A stretch of DNA of 64,000 bases from Mobula hypostoma (GCF_963921235.1 NC_086129.1:6634001-6698000); one strand, 5' to 3'; counted from the stretch's first letter, positions 34,831 to 49,100 are shown. Notes: generated by a model not told the origin, from the letters alone. Translations and numbers: made by a program.

Positions 34831-37160
34831 TAGGTAAGGGACTGAGAAGAGCAAGAAGGGGGCATGGGAAGGCCTTGACGAGTAGGGTAATGGAAAACCC
34901 CAAGGCATTCTTCAATTATGTGAAGAACAAAAGGATGACAGGAGTGAAGGTAGGACCGATCAGATATAAACGTGGGAAGATGTGCCTGGAAGCTGTGGAA
35001 GTGAGCGAGGTCCTCAATGAATGCTTCTCTTCGGTATTCACCAATGAGAGGGAACTTGATAATGGTGAGGACAATATGAGTAAGGTTGATGTTCTGGAGC
35101 ATGTTGATATTAAGGGAGAGGAGGTGTTGGAGTTGTTAAAATACATTAGAAACATAGAAACATAGAAACATAGAAAATAGGTGCAGGAGTAGGCCATTCG
35201 GCCCTTCGAGCCTGCACCGCCATTTATTATGATCATGGCTGATCATCCAACTCAGAACCCAGCCTTCCCTCCATACCCCCTGACCCCTGTAGCCACAAGG
35301 GCCATATCTAACTTCCTTTTAAACATAGCTAATGAACTGGCCTCAACAGTTTGCTGTGGCAGAGAATTCCACAGATTCACCACTCTCTGTGTGAAGAAGT
35401 TTTTCCTAACCTCGGTCCTAAAAGGCTTCCCCTCTATCCTCAAACTGTGACCCCTCGTTCTAGACCTCCCCAACATCGGGAACAATCTTCCTGCATCTAG
35501 CCTGTCCAATCCCTTTAGGATCTTATACGTTTCAATCAGATCCCCCCTCAATCTTCTAAATTCCAACGAGTACAAGCCCAGTTCATCCAGTCTTTCTTCA
35601 TATGAAAGACCTGCCATCCCAGGAATCAATCTGTCCCCGGGGCCTGATGGAATATTCCCCAGGCTGCTCCACGAGGCGAGGGCAGAGATTGCTCAGCCTC
35701 TGGCTAGGATCTCTATGTCCTCGTTGTCCGCGGGAATTATACCGGAGGACTGGAGGGAGGCGAATGTTGTCCCCTTGTTCAAAAAACGTAGTAGGGATAG
35801 TCCGGGTAATTATAGACCAGTGAGCCTTACGTCTGTTGTGGGAAAGCTGTTGGAAAAGATTTTTAGAGATAGGATCTAAAGGCATTTAGAGAATCATGGT
35901 CTGTTCAGGGACAGTCAGCATGGTTTTGTGAAGGGCAGATCGTGTCTAACAAGCCTGATAGGGTTATTTGAGGAGGTGACCAGGCATGTAGATGAGGGTA
36001 GTGCAGTGGATGTGATCTATATGGATCTTTGTAAGGCATTTGACAAGGTTCCACGCGGTAGGCTTATTCAGAAAGTTAGAAGGCATGGGATCCAGGGAAG
36101 TTTGGCCAGGTGATTCAGAATTGGCTTGCCTGCAGAAGGCAGAGGTTCGTGGTAGAGGGAGCACATTAGGATTGGAGGATTGCGACTAGTGGTGTCCCTC
36201 AAGGATCTGTTCTGGGACCTCTACTTTTCGTGATTTTTATTAACGACCTGGATATGGGGGTAGAAGAGTGAGCTGGCAAGTTTTCAGATGACACAAAGGT
36301 TGGTGGTGTTGCAGATAGTGTAGAGGATTGTCGAAGATTGCAGAGAGACATTGATAGGATGCAGAAGTGGGCTGAGAAGTGGCAGATGGAGTTCAACCCG
36401 GAGAAGTGTGAGGTGGTAAACTTTGGAAGGACGAACTCCAAGGCAGAGTACAAAGTACTTGGTAGTGTGGAGCAGCAGAGGGATCTGGGGGTACATGTTC
36501 ACAGATCGCTGAATGTTGCCTCACAGGTGGAGAGGGTAGTTAAGAAAGCTTATGGGGTGTTAGCTTTCATAAACCGAGGGATAGAGTTTAAGAGTCGCGA
36601 TGTAATGATGCAGCTCTATAAAACTCTGGTTAGGCCACACTTGGAGTATTGTGTCCAGTTCTAGTCGCCTCACTATAGGAAGGATGTGGAAGCATTGGAT
36701 AGGGGTATAGAGGAGATTTACCAGGATGCTGCCTGGTTTAGAGAGTATGCATTATGATCAGAGATTAAGGGAGCTACGGCTTTACTCTTTGGAAAGAATG
36801 AGGATGAGATGAGACATGATAGAGGTGTAGAAGATATTAAGAGGAATAGATAGAGTGGATAGCCAGCGCCTCTTCCCCAGGGCACCACTGCTCAATACAA
36901 GAGGACATGGCTTTAATGTAAGGGGTGGGAAGTTCAAGGGGGATATTAGTGGGAGTTTTTTTACTCAGAGAGTGGTTGGTGCATGGAATGCATTGCTTGT
37001 GTCAGTGGTGGAGGCAGATATACTAGTGAAATTTAAGAAACTAGTAGACAGGTATGTGGAGGAATTTAAGGTGGGGCGTCATATGGGAGTCAGGGTTTGA
37101 GGGTCGGCACAACATTGTGGGCCGAAGAGCCGGTAATGTGCTGTACTATTCTATGTTCTA
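34831..37160 (+). mobile_element. CR1 LINE ORF2 (disrupted), host of a nested antisense CR1
   Basis: NPKAFFNYVK, GRSCLTSLI, WQMEFNPEKC, HLEYCVQF; tail CTATTCTATGTTCTA. Confidence 0.92.
35148..35632 (-). mobile_element. Young CR1 3' end inserted antisense into CR1
   Basis: Open ORF IPGMAGLSYEERL...LWNSLP; (TTTCTATG)n tail; near-identical to 58922-59410. Confidence 0.93.
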
Positions 37161-37164
37161 TAAT

Positions 37165-37795
37165 TACTTGAAAGTGGCGTCACGGGTAGATAGCGTCGAA
37201 ACGAGAGCTTTTGGTACATTGGACTTCATAAATCAAAGTATTGAGTACAGAAGATTGGATGTTATGTTGAGTTATATAAGACGTTGGTGAGGCCCAATCT
37301 GGATTATTGTGTGTAGTTTTTGTTACCTGCTTGAAGGAAAACTAGCAACAAAATTGAAAGAGTGCAGAGAACATTGACAATCGGTTTGCTGAGACATGAG
37401 GACTCAAAGCTTTCGAACAAGGTAAGGGCTTTAATCTCTTTAGTGTTGGAAAATGAAGTGAGATTTCGCAGATGTTGTTGACAGGGGAAATGCAGGCAGG
37501 TTTTTTTTCCCTCTGAGGTTGGGTGAGATGGCAACTAGAGGTCGCAGTTTAACGGTGAAAGGTGAAATATTTAAGAGGAACCTGAGTGGGAATCCCTTCA
37601 CTCCGAGGGTGGTGAGGGTGTGGGAAGAGCTGTCAGTGGAAGTTATGGATTTCATTGCAGAGAAATTTGGATCAGTACATGGACGGGAGGGTATTGAGGT
37701 CTATGGTCCAGGTGCGGTTATGGGACTCGGCAGAGTAACAATTCGGTACTGACATATGGGCAAAGTGGTTTGCTTGTGTGTTATAGGGCTCTCTG
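37165..37795 (+). mobile_element. Older CR1 3' fragment
   Basis: LKVASRVD...NQSIEYR and FTPRVVRVWEEL. Confidence 0.8.
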
Positions 37796-38424
37796 ACTCC
37801 AGATAAAGTGTAGATGAATGGAAATTGGGTGGACTGTTGTTGGGAAGAAAGCGACGTGTTTTAAGGATTTCCTGCTGGGGATAGAAGTGAATAGGTAGTG
37901 GACATCCGTGGTCAAAGTGAGGAGATCAGGGCCAGGGATTTTAGAGTTGTTGAAGAGCAAACAGACACAGACACTCACATGCATACAGGTAAGTACACGC
38001 ACACACAGACACAGAGACACACAGACACACACACAGACACACACACACGCACACACACACACACAAGTTCCCTCCATACTCCCATTGCCCTTCACCCTGA
38101 TTTCCAGAAATTGCTCGTTGCTCCTTTTTGGCTCAAACTCTGCCCGCTTTTCTGCCCCCATTCTCACCGCTTCCCACTCTCGCCACCTTCTCTTCCCCGT
38201 TCTCTCACAGTCTCCCTCTCACCATCTCTTGTCTCCCACTCCCTCCTCCTTTCTCTTCCTCCTCTCCCTCATCTATTTTCCTCTCTTCCACACTCTCCCT
38301 TACTCTCTCTCCCCTCTTCATCTGTTCCCGTCCCCACTGCCACACTCTTTCCTCCACACATTCTACCCTCCCCTACCCACTCACTCCCCTTCCTCTTTCC
38401 ATTTTGTCTCTTTCTCCCTTTCTA

Positions 38425-39140
38425 CCCAACGCTTTGCCTGCCTCTCGCCTTCGTTCCAATTCCTCCTTTACTGCAGCTCGCTTTCCCCGTCCCCCTCCCG
38501 TCCCGACCCCCACCCGCACTGTGATGATGGTTAACACACACAGTGAATTGTCTGATGTTGTGTAATTCTTCATTGTTTGCACAGCCACAATGTTCTCTCA
38601 GAAGATAAAGACTTGTGGTTTCCGGGAGAGGCCAGTTTGTTCCCTTTTTATGTACTACAGAATAGGCGGGGGAGGGGAGTGCGGAGCAGAGAGGAGAGTA
38701 CGGAAGAGAGGGAGACTAAGTATATATATAGCCTCAATGTTTTTGTCTCTGTTCTCCTCTCTTCATCCGTTCTCTTCCCCGCTCTCCTGCTCTTTCCTCC
38801 ACACATTACTCCCTACCCTACCCACCCAGTGCCCTGCTTCTCTCCCTTATTGTCTCTTTCTCCGGTTCTGCCGAACGCTTCGCCTGCCGATCGCCTTCTC
38901 CCCATTTCCCCCTTTTCTATAGCTCGGTTTCCCCGGCACCCACCCGTCCGCACATCCCCCACCCCTCACTGTGATGACGGGTTGACATGCACAGTGAATT
39001 TTAGATGTTGTAAGATTCTTCACTGTTTGGAAAGATCCGATGTTCTCACAGAAAATAACGGCTTGTGGTTTCCGGGAGAGGCCAGTTCGTTCCCCTTTTG
39101 TGTGCTACAGAACAGGCGGGGGAGGAGAGTGTGGAGTAGA
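38425..39140. repeat. Old direct duplication (38425-38690 vs 38872-39140) in pyrimidine-rich DNA
   Basis: Shared blocks CACTGTGATGA, CACAGTGAATT, CTTGTGGTTTCCGGGAGAGGCCAGTT and CTACAGAAYAGGCGGGGGAGG. Confidence 0.85.
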
Positions 39141-39879
39141 CAGGAAAGCCGTGTGTTCTCAGTAGCTTCACCGTCACGACAAAGACCGAGCGCTGTCTGC
39201 GAGCTGGTCTCTGACAGGAACACAAACAGACACACAAAAAGGCGGACAGACACAGACGAAGACGCATATAAACACACAGAGATGCAGACATACAGAAACA
39301 CTTTTAAAATGAATGCAGTTTGCATTTTGAACCTTTGAAGATGGAGGCACCTATTTGTGAACTGTTTGAAATGATTCTTGCTCTGAGATAATGTAATGTG
39401 CATGTTGGAGAGACAGCGGGTTTGGGGGTGCACATGGAAATCGGGCTGCACATTGATTTGCGGGTGTGCGAAGGTTTCAGGGTATGTCGGTGAATTTGGG
39501 GGTGCACACTGCTTTAAGCATTTGAGGGTGCACAGGCATTTGGCAGCATTTAGGGCTGCACACAGATTTGGATGTCTCGGTTGATTTAGGGATGTACACG
39601 GATTTGGGGAGTCCTTGGATTTACGGGTGTAATAAATCTCAAGGTTGTTTTATTTATAGAGACATAAAAACAAATGCGCTTCGAAATTTGAACTTTGTTC
39701 TTGCTATTTGATTTGAGGTGGAGGCAGCTATTTTGAGAAGTGTTTGAAATGATTCTTGCTCTGTGATAATTTAATGTGCATGTGGGGATGTCAGCGGGTT
39801 TTGGGTGCGCACAGGTCTAGGTATGTGGGTGGATTTCGGGGTGTCGATAGGTTTGAGGTGCGCACAGATCAGGGTAAGC

Positions 39880-42000
39880 CTGAAAATCTTAACACTGACA
39901 CGTCTTCAAGAGTTTGATCATATGATTTCAAATCAAGTACAGGTCTGTTAATCCTGTTTATGAAACACATGACTTGTGTTTCTTTTTGCCACCGAAAAAT
40001 TAAATCCCACTATTTGCCGACTGTTCGACCTTATTGTTTTTGCATCCTATATTCAGTAAAAATGAAATTTCTACCTTAAACCTCCATCATCTACAGATAG
40101 TAATTTACACACCCCAGAACCTATCTCAGAGAAAACATTATTAATCATAATATGAAATAATAAATACTTTGTGGGTTCCCAATCTCTATCTAATAGAACC
40201 CGAATATAACTTGTCCGCCCGTACCTGCACAGGACGTCCTAATAAAAAAAAACTCAGATAAAAATTATTCAATCACCCCCTCAAAATCATTTCCAAAATA
40301 TAATCAAAAGTCCGTCCTTCCATAAATATCATCAGCCTTTTCAATATCAACATATTTTGCGATTACAACATCTATATTTACCTGTGCTTTCGTAATATGA
40401 TCTTCCAAACATAAGACTGAATCCAATGTTTTTCTACCCTTCTGATATCCACTCTGATAAAACGCAAAATCACCTCCCTTTTCCAAAAATAGCTCAAGAA
40501 TTCGATTACCATAAATTCCATACGTTTACATAAATGAGACACTAACGATAGTGGCCTCTAACCAGAAAGATCAGACGGGGAGCTCCCAGCTTTTAGAATA
40601 GACACTACTACAACCATTTTCCATGAGGAGGATGGTCAAACCTCCAAACACAATTCAGAAATTGTAATATTATCTGAAGGGAGTTGTCAGCCATATGTCT
40701 GATCAGACAATAACATATCATCCTTTACTGGAGACGTTTGAACTGCCAATCCCTTTTCAATATGATCACAATATGACCTCCCGAAAACCCTTATCGCAAT
40801 CTTCACCACTTTCCTCACCACGGCCTGTGCCCTTTTATATTTAATAAGGTCACTCGAAGACGGATACTTCCTCACTTCCCCAAACGCATTATTTCTCTCC
40901 CTAATTGCCTCTGGACACTCCTCAGTCCACCATGGTACAGCCTTTCTCCTACTATTCCGTTCGTAATGGGAATCATTTTCAACGCAGTTTGCTGAATAAC
41001 ATGACATAACCTTTCATTGTAAAATAACACATCTTCCTCAACATTCTGTAGCAGTTTCAGAACTGCTATGAACATTAAATCTCGTGCCCATTCAGACAGA
41101 CAAGTTGAAAAACTCTTCCTCAATTAAACCATTACCATCATTCCGCATTCGACCCCACAGTGAACTATGTGCGCGAAAATCCCCACACCATACACCCCTT
41201 GGTGAGCGAGAACTGCATACATTTTCACACAAATCAATAGAATTTTTTCTACAAGGGTTGTAAAAATTAACTACTTTTATACACCTACCTGTTGAATAAA
41301 ATATCGCTACAAAAAATCCCACATCTATTTCATTGACATCCGCAACACTATATCCTAGCCACTCCTGTACCAACTAACCTGTCAAGCCGAACAGCAATAT
41401 AATCATACACTCAAAACTTAAAATGTGCAAATAACCAGGTTCCTGAATACATATAACATCGGGAGCATCTAAGAAATCAGAAATACACTTCTTGAAGTCT
41501 TGAACGTTATAAATCTGGCTTCTCGCATTCCACTCCAAATATTTTAATCCCATTCTGTCCCTTCACAAGTAGACTGGGATACAGATACCCCACCCATTAC
41601 AGCTTCCCACATAACACCAGTTACACCAGGATACCTTTCTTCAGCTTTCACAGTAATTGTAATTTCCTCATTAGGACGAGATGCCTGAGCAGTATAATTC
41701 ATCACATCTTTATAAATATCACAAACTTCATTTTATCCAGCAGTAAAGTACCTTTAGTGGGAGAACTGTGATGCCAGCATATCCACTGACGTCACAGTCT
41801 GTTCCCTGACTGGGAACACTTTACCCAGTTTACCTGCTCTACTGGCTGTACTTGTCCATAACAGGTCCTTCCGCTGCCTGTGTTGTTCTGAACCAACTGA
41901 ACTGGTCATTTCATTCCTTACTAAACCAATCTCTCTGCCTACACCGGGTCCACATCACTCCATTTTCCACACATTTCCACATATCCATCGTGGTGGGTAT
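39880..42000 (-). mobile_element. Decayed I/Nimb-type LINE (EN and RT)
   Basis: VVNFYNPC...WCGDFRAHSSLWG, AVPWWTEEC, YQSGYQKGRKTLDSV. Confidence 0.85.
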
Positions 42001-42239
42001 CTAATAGCCTCCATCACATCTGCCTCCACCACAACCCCTGACATTCATTCCAGACACCCACCACGATGGGTATGAAAAACAAAACTTGAAACGCAATTCT
42101 CCTTTCAACATTCTGAGTCAGGTTTTTAAAATCATTGTCTTTTGTAACTTTTTTTTAACAGCAGCTATGCAGAGACAAGATACAAAATTACACCAAATTA
42201 CAAAATACTTAAATAGTGCAAAAAGGACCAATGAGGTAG

Positions 42240-42810
42240 TTTTTCCCCTTTCTCTTGAAGTGCATGCCCTCTGGTATTAGACATTTCCTCCATAGAGATC
42301 AAAATACCGGTTGTCCACTCTGTCTGTGCCTCTCACGTTCCTGTAAACATTTGTCAGACCTCCCTCAGCCTCAGCCGCTCCAGAGAAACTAGATCCCCAG
42401 ATTGTTCAGTCTCACTTTATCTGAGCAGCATCCTGTTAAGCTTTGTCTACTCACCTCTCGTCCTCCATCGCTCCAAGGGGAAAAGGCCAAGTTCACTCAA
42501 TCTATTCTCATAAGGCATGCTCTCCAATCCAAGAACAACGTGCTTGTAAATCTCCTCTGCACTCTCTCTGTAGTATCCACATCCTCCTAGTGAGGTGACC
42601 AGAACAGAACACAGTACTCCAAGTGGGGTGTAATTAAGCCCTTATATAGCTTCAACATTCCCTCCCAGCTCTTGAACTCAGTCCCACGGTTGATGAATCT
42701 ATCACACCAGACGCCTTCTTAACAACACTGCCAACCTGCGCAGCAGCTTTGAGTGTCGTATGGACACGGACCCCAAGATCTCTCTGACCCTCCACACTGC
42801 CAAGAGTTTT
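42240..42810 (-). mobile_element. CR1 3' fragments
   Basis: KTLGSVEGQRDLGVRVH; LEYCVLFWSP on the minus strand. Confidence 0.8.
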
Positions 42811-43099
42811 ACCCATTCTGTGCCGAAACAGACTCATCGAGGCGCGAAGGGGAACCGCGCCCGTCCCTGTGGACGCCGAGACCGGCGACCACCGACAGCA
42901 GCAACTCGCTGAACTTCACCATGGCGATGGAGCGGAAGAGGAGGGGCTGAACATGGGGCAGATTTCCACCCGGCCTATCGTAGCTCAGATCCGACACTGA
43001 CCCATGCTGTCACTGGCTGTAGTGACTGTCGGTCAAATGAGAACTCACACAGGGATTCGTTAATGTGAACGTCAGTCAGCCATCCTGTCTTTCTGAGCT

Positions 43100-45860
43100 T
43101 GAGTTTGGATTTACAGTATATCAGGGACAGGGGCCACTTCTAAGAGCTGAAGGATTTGGTAAAGCAAATGGGGAGAAATGTAAGTTATTATGTGATGATG
43201 TATTAAGAGTAAAAGGGTACAAACCGTGATGAGCAAGGCAGTGATTTACTGGAATCATATTGAGATAATAATGGAAGGGATATTAAACTTGAAGATGTTG
43301 GCGATGTGGTTAAGGAAATGGATGATTTGAAATGATCATACTATTGCAGTGTTAATTAATGAAGGCAAAATGATTATTACTGAAACAGGGAAGGTTGTGT
43401 TACTGGCTGGGTCGTTTGCTGTCATTCATAATCAAGACAATTTAAGTGAAGAATAAACAATGTAGGGACATGTTTTTCAGTGAATACTGTACCCCGATGT
43501 GTTGGAAATCAGCTGTAGCAATGATAATATCACCAATGTAGGGTTTTCTTTGGAGGAATTTAAGAAGTCTATTACTAATACAGGTCAGGCGCCCCAGGGA
43601 AGGGTGATATATGTGATTGCAATTCTCTCCCTTGAAAATATTAAATGTTTGAACTGTGTTTGGAGATCAGGCCATCTTCCTCCCTCATGGAATATGGCAG
43701 CAGTTGTACCTGTTCTGAAACCTGGGAGATCCCCATCTGATCCTTCTCGTTTTGGGCCTATATCGTTAATTACCCATTTATGTAAACTGATGGAATGTAT
43801 GGTAATCCAGTGCTTGAGTTATATTTTGGAAAGGAGGTGATATAATGTTTTATCACAGCAGGTTTTGCAAGGGTAGAATTACATTAGATTCAGTTGTATG
43901 TTTTAAAGATGATATTGGGAAAGCACAGTTAAAGAAAGATGCTGTAATAGCAGTATTCTTTAATATTGTAAACGCATATGATATGTTATGGAAGGAAGGA
44001 CTTTTGATTAAATTTTGGAAATTAGGAATGAGGGCAGATTGCATAATTTATCTGAGTTTTTTTATTTGGACAGACTGTGCAGGAATGGGTGGGCATATTA
44101 TGTTTGTGTTTCTACGAGATAGAGAATGGGACCCCACAAGACAGTATTTGTAGCCTTTATTATTTAATATTATGATTAATGATATTTTCTCTGAAATAGG
44201 TACTCTGGTGGGTAAATCACTATATGCAGATGATGTAACTTTATAGATTAGAGGTGGTATTTCAATTTTACTGTAAATAGGATGCAATTTACAATTAATA
44301 GGACAAACAGTGGGGAAATGGATAAAGATGTTAAGCTTTCAGTCACTAAAACACGTTTTGTGTTTTACAAACAGGATTAATAGACCTGCACATGATTTGA
44401 AGTTATATGATTAATCTCTTGAGGAATTTTCAGTGGTAAGTTTTCCAGGCATGTGGATGTATGATAAACTGACATGGAAACACTGTATCAGTGAAATGAT
44501 TGATATGTGTGGGTATTCTGGGGTGCAACCCAAAACTCTTTGTTGATTGTTTATATTTGTTTAATTCGATCTGTTCTTGATTCTGGCTGTGTGGCTCAAG
44601 GATCAGCTTCATCTTCAACTTTATTCTGTCTGGGTGTGATACCAGCACAGGCTTTAAGATTGTGTTGTGGTGCAGTAAGGTCGTCTCCTGTTTCAGCTTT
44701 ACTGGTTGAAATGGGACAATTGCCCTCACAATGACAGAGGGTGAAGTTGCTGTTAACATACTGGATTAATTTGAGGGTGAGTAAATATCATCATGTTAAA
44801 TGTGTGCTAGAGGACTGTTGGGAACATCACAAGAAGAATGTTTTTAGTTTTGGGTGGTTGGGTTCTTATCAAGCTGGGAATATGGGTGTATTGGATGATA
44901 CAACATGTCCCACTGTAGCTTTCTCTGTAGCACCACCTTGTTTTTTTCCAATGACTTCAGTTAATTTTAGGTAACACAATAGGATTATGTTCTGCCTGAG
45001 AGTCTGCTGGTTCACCGGTATATTAATGAAAGTTATTATCATATGGTAACCATTTTTACAAATGGATGAAATGATAATTTAACTGGGAATGTTGGTGTGG
45101 CTGTTTTCTTTCTTTGTGTCTCAATTGCAGGTAATGATAAAGAAATAACTTGCCAGCCACTAATGAGTATATGAAGCATAATTCATTGACATCCTTTTAG
45201 GCTTACAGTGGGTGGAGGAAATTGGTCCTTGCAAATTTGTAATTTGTTCAGAATCCTTTTCGGTTTTGATAAGACTTAAAACAGGTCATTCCAGCAGTAG
45301 GTCAGATTTACTGTTAGAAACTCATCAAACAGTATTTAATATACAAAGTTTGGTTCATATGTCTGCACATTATGGACCCTGCATATCGCACTGTTGAGGG
45401 AAATGATCAGGGTGACTGTTTAGCAAAAAAACCTGTTAAAAATTCAACTGTGGATATAGACCTTCCACTGAGCAAATCAGAAACTAAGGTTAGGAATTAG
45501 TGGCTTATGGCAAGATCTCTAGGATAATGAACATAAAGACAGACACCTTTACAGAATACATAAACCTGATGGGTTTATAGAAAAAGGCCTTAAAACAAAA
45601 AGGGTAGGAATTATATTGACACAGCTTAGAATTGCCCACACTATGCTTAATTATACCTTGTATATAATTGGAAGACATCATGCTGTGTCATGTACATTTT
45701 GAGATTATGAAACTGTTAAACACACACTATTTCAGTGTGATGCATATGAGGCTAAAAAATCAATTGCGGTCTTAGTAACAATCTTTGTGGGGTAGATCGT
45801 TTTCAGATAAAAACTTTATCAATTTCTGGGAATAACTTTAAGTTAATTCACAGTATTTAG
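43100..45860 (+). mobile_element. Decayed I/Nimb-type LINE (RT and RNase H)
   Basis: WNMAAVVPVLKPGR...PISLITHLCKLME, LYADD, QALRLCCGAVRSSPVSAL, RNase H-like EGNDQGD. Confidence 0.85.
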
Positions 45861-48800
45861 TGGGGAAAGGCATGTAATAATGGTAATGTCACAACTGTAA
45901 TCAGGGATTTCAATATCCAAGGGGATTGGGAAAAATCAGGTTGGAGTCGGATCACAAGAGAGGGAATTTGTTGAATGCCTACAAGACGGCTTTGCAGAGC
46001 AGCTTGTGCTTGGGCCGACTTGGGGAAAGGTCATCCTTCATTGGGTGTTGTACAATAACCCTGACCTTATTCAGGAGCTTAAAGTAAAGGAACCCGTCAG
46101 AGGCAGTGATCATAATATAATTGAATTCATACTGCATTTTCATAGGGAGAAGCCTAAGTCACATATATCAGTCTCACAATGGAATAAAGGGAATTACAGA
46201 GGCATGAGAGAGGAACTTGCCCAGGTGAATTGGAGGAGAATACTGGTGGGATGACGGTGAGCAGAGGTGGCTGAAGCAACTGGGAATAGTTTGCAAGGTG
46301 CAGGATAGACATGTCCCACAGAAGAAGTTCTTTCTTTCTTTCTTTTTAAATCTATTTATTAATTTTCCAAAATTATAAACAGAATAACAATATTGATACA
46401 GAGAGATTGGAATAATCTTATTGTTGATAATCATGTACAAAAAAGATTTCAAATAATAAAGGTATAATAGATTCCAAACTCTTAATATAATTAATCATAG
46501 AGAAGAAAGAAATAAAAAGAAAAAAAAATACAAAGAACCCCCCCCCCAAAAAAAAAACAAAAAGGAAACAACTAATATCTAAACCCCCCAGAAAAGCAAA
46601 CGGGACAAAACAAGGCAAGACCAATATCTTAAATCGAACATGTTCAGTGATATCATCAACTCCGCTCCTCTATTCATATATTTTAAATTAATGAGAAGGA
46701 TTCGGAAAGGTCAAATTACATCAGATGAAAATGTTGCATAAATGGTTTCCAAGTCTCTTCAAATGTAACCGAAGGATAGAAATGTCACTTCTGATTTTTT
46801 TTTTCTAAATTTAAACATGATATAGTTTGGGAAAACCATTGAAATGTGGTAGGAGGATTGGTCTCCTTCCAGTTCAATAAAATGGATAATCTGGCCATTA
46901 AAGTAACAAATGCGATCATCCGACAGGCTGAAGAGGATAAAAGTCTATGTTCTATCATTGGCAAACCAAAAATTGCTGTAATAGGATGAGGTTGTAAATC
47001 AAAACGCAAAACTGTTGAAATAATATCAAAAATACCTTTCCAGAAATTTTCCAAAAGAGGACAGGACCAAAACATATGAGTTAAGGAAGCCACCTCAGAG
47101 TGACATCTGTCACAAGTAGGGTTTATATTCGAATAAAAATGGGCTAATCTATCTTTAGACATATGGGTCCTATGCACTACTTTAAATTGTACTAGCGTAT
47201 GTTTGGCACATAGAAGACGTTCTCAAATGGCGGGTGTAGGCACCCGTGGTTGATAAGGGAAGTTTAGGACTGCGTACAACCTGAGGAAATGGCATGCAAG
47301 GTAGCAAAAGTGAGTGAAATGCTCGATTATTGGATGTTTTGAAAATCCAACAAAAGGCAACTAAAAAGTGATAAGAATGTTAAAGAAGAAATATGAGGCA
47401 AACTAGCCAATAATATAAAGCAGGACAGTCAGAGTTTTTCCCCAGTTAAATAAGGAGTGAAAGGGAGATGAGAGTTGATATTAGACCACTGGAAAATAAT
47501 ACTGGTGAGGTCGTAATGGGGGACAAAGAAATGGCAGATGAACTTAATGAATACTTTGCAACAATTTTCACTGTGGAAGACACAGCAGGATTGAGTAATT
47601 GGATTGAGTAACAGGATTGACTTTGCTGTTACAAAGGAAATAGTGCTGGACAAACTCAAAGGTCTTAAGGTGGATAAGTCACCTGGAGCAGTTGGACTAC
47701 ATCCCAGAGTACTGAGGGATGTTGAAGAGATAATAGATGCATTGCTCACTATCTTTCAAGGATCACTTGATTCTGGCATGGTCCAGGAGGACTGGAAAAT
47801 AGAAAATTGCACTCTCTAAGAAGGGAGGAAGGCAAAAGAAAGGAAATTATAGGCCAGTTAGCCTGACCTCAGTGGTAGAGAAAGTATTGTAGTCTTTATC
47901 GAAGTTGGGTTTTCAAGGTATTTGGAGAATAATGATAAAATAAGTCAATGTCAGCATGATTTCTGTGAAGGAAAACCGTGCCTAACAAACATTTAGAGGT
48001 CTTTGAGGAAGTGAAGAGGAGGGTGGACAAATGAGAGGCAGTGGATATCATTTACTTGGATTTTCAGAAGGCCTTTGATAAGGTACCACACACGAGGCTG
48101 CTGAATACGATAAAATCCTATGGTATTACAGGAAAGATACTGGCATGGACAGCGGAATGGCTGACAGGCAGGGGGCAGCGAGTGGGAATCAATAGTGCTT
48201 TTTCAGGTTGGCTGCCAGTGACGAGTGGTGTTCCTCAGGGGTCAGTATTGGGACTGCCACATTGTCAATGATTTAGATAATATAATTGATGGCTTTGTGG
48301 CGAAGTTTGTGGATGTTGTAAAGATAGGTGGAGGGGTAGGTAGTGCTGAGGAAGCAATGCGATTGCAGCAGGATTAGACAAATTGGAGGAATGGTTAAAA
48401 AGGTGGCAGATTGAATACAGTGTTGGGAAATATATGATCATGCATTTTGGTGTCAAGGTATAATATTGCTCAGTATTATTTAAATAGACAGAAAATTCAC
48501 AGGTGCCGGGGGCTTAGGAGTTCTCCTGCAAGAGTCCCAGAAAGTTATTTCACATTTTCAGTCTGTGGTAAAGAAGGGAAATGCAATGTTGGCTTTTCTT
48601 TGAAGGGGAATAGAATATTTAAGCAAGGAGATAATGTTGAGCCTTTATAAGAAAAAAGTTAGGCTGTACGTGCAGGTTAATCAACGTTTTAGGTCCCATA
48701 TCTCAGAAAGGAAGGCGGGATCTCATTGAAACCTACCGAGTGTTGAAAGGACTAGATAGGGTGGATGTGGAGAGGTTGTTTCATGTGGTGGGGATAGCCA

Positions 48801-49100
48801 GACTAGAGGACACAGTCTCAACATTCAGGGGAGACCTTTTCAACAGAGGTCAGGAGGAATATTTTTAGCCAGAGAGTAGTGACCCTGTGGAATACTCTAT
48901 CACAGACTGCGGTGGAGGCCAAGTCTGTGGGTATATTTAAGGAGGAGGTTGATTATTTCCTGATCGATCAGGCCATCAAAGGACATAGTGAGAAGGCAGG
49001 TGTATGGTGTTGAGTGCGATCCGGGATCAGCCCTGATGGAACGGCGGAGCGGAGTCGATGGGCTGAACGGCCTAATTCTGCTCCTGTGTGTTATGGTCTG
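45861..49100 (+). mobile_element. CR1 LINE ORF2 (disrupted), interrupted by L1
   Basis: [45 protein letters not shown]; tail GTTATGGTCT. Confidence 0.9.
46332..47211 (-). mobile_element. L1-clade LINE 3' end with target-site duplication
   Basis: CDRC...LTHMFWSCP zinc knuckle; A-rich tail; TSD AGAAGAAGTTCT (46320-46331) / AGAAGACGTTCT (47212-47223). Confidence 0.88.

Noticed and set aside
38521-38560. C/D snoRNA or SECIS (GTGATGA...CTGA)
   Set aside because: Too short, no supporting stem, and CTGA is lost in the second copy.
38517-38997. Ig/TCR D segments flanked by RSS heptamers CACTGTG...CACAGTG (two copies)
   Set aside because: No ACAAAAACC-like nonamer at 12 or 22/23 nt on either side, and no V, J or C exons in the window.
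37898-39338. 200-250-aa ORFs
   Set aside because: Stop-poor artefacts of CA- and CT-rich low-complexity DNA.
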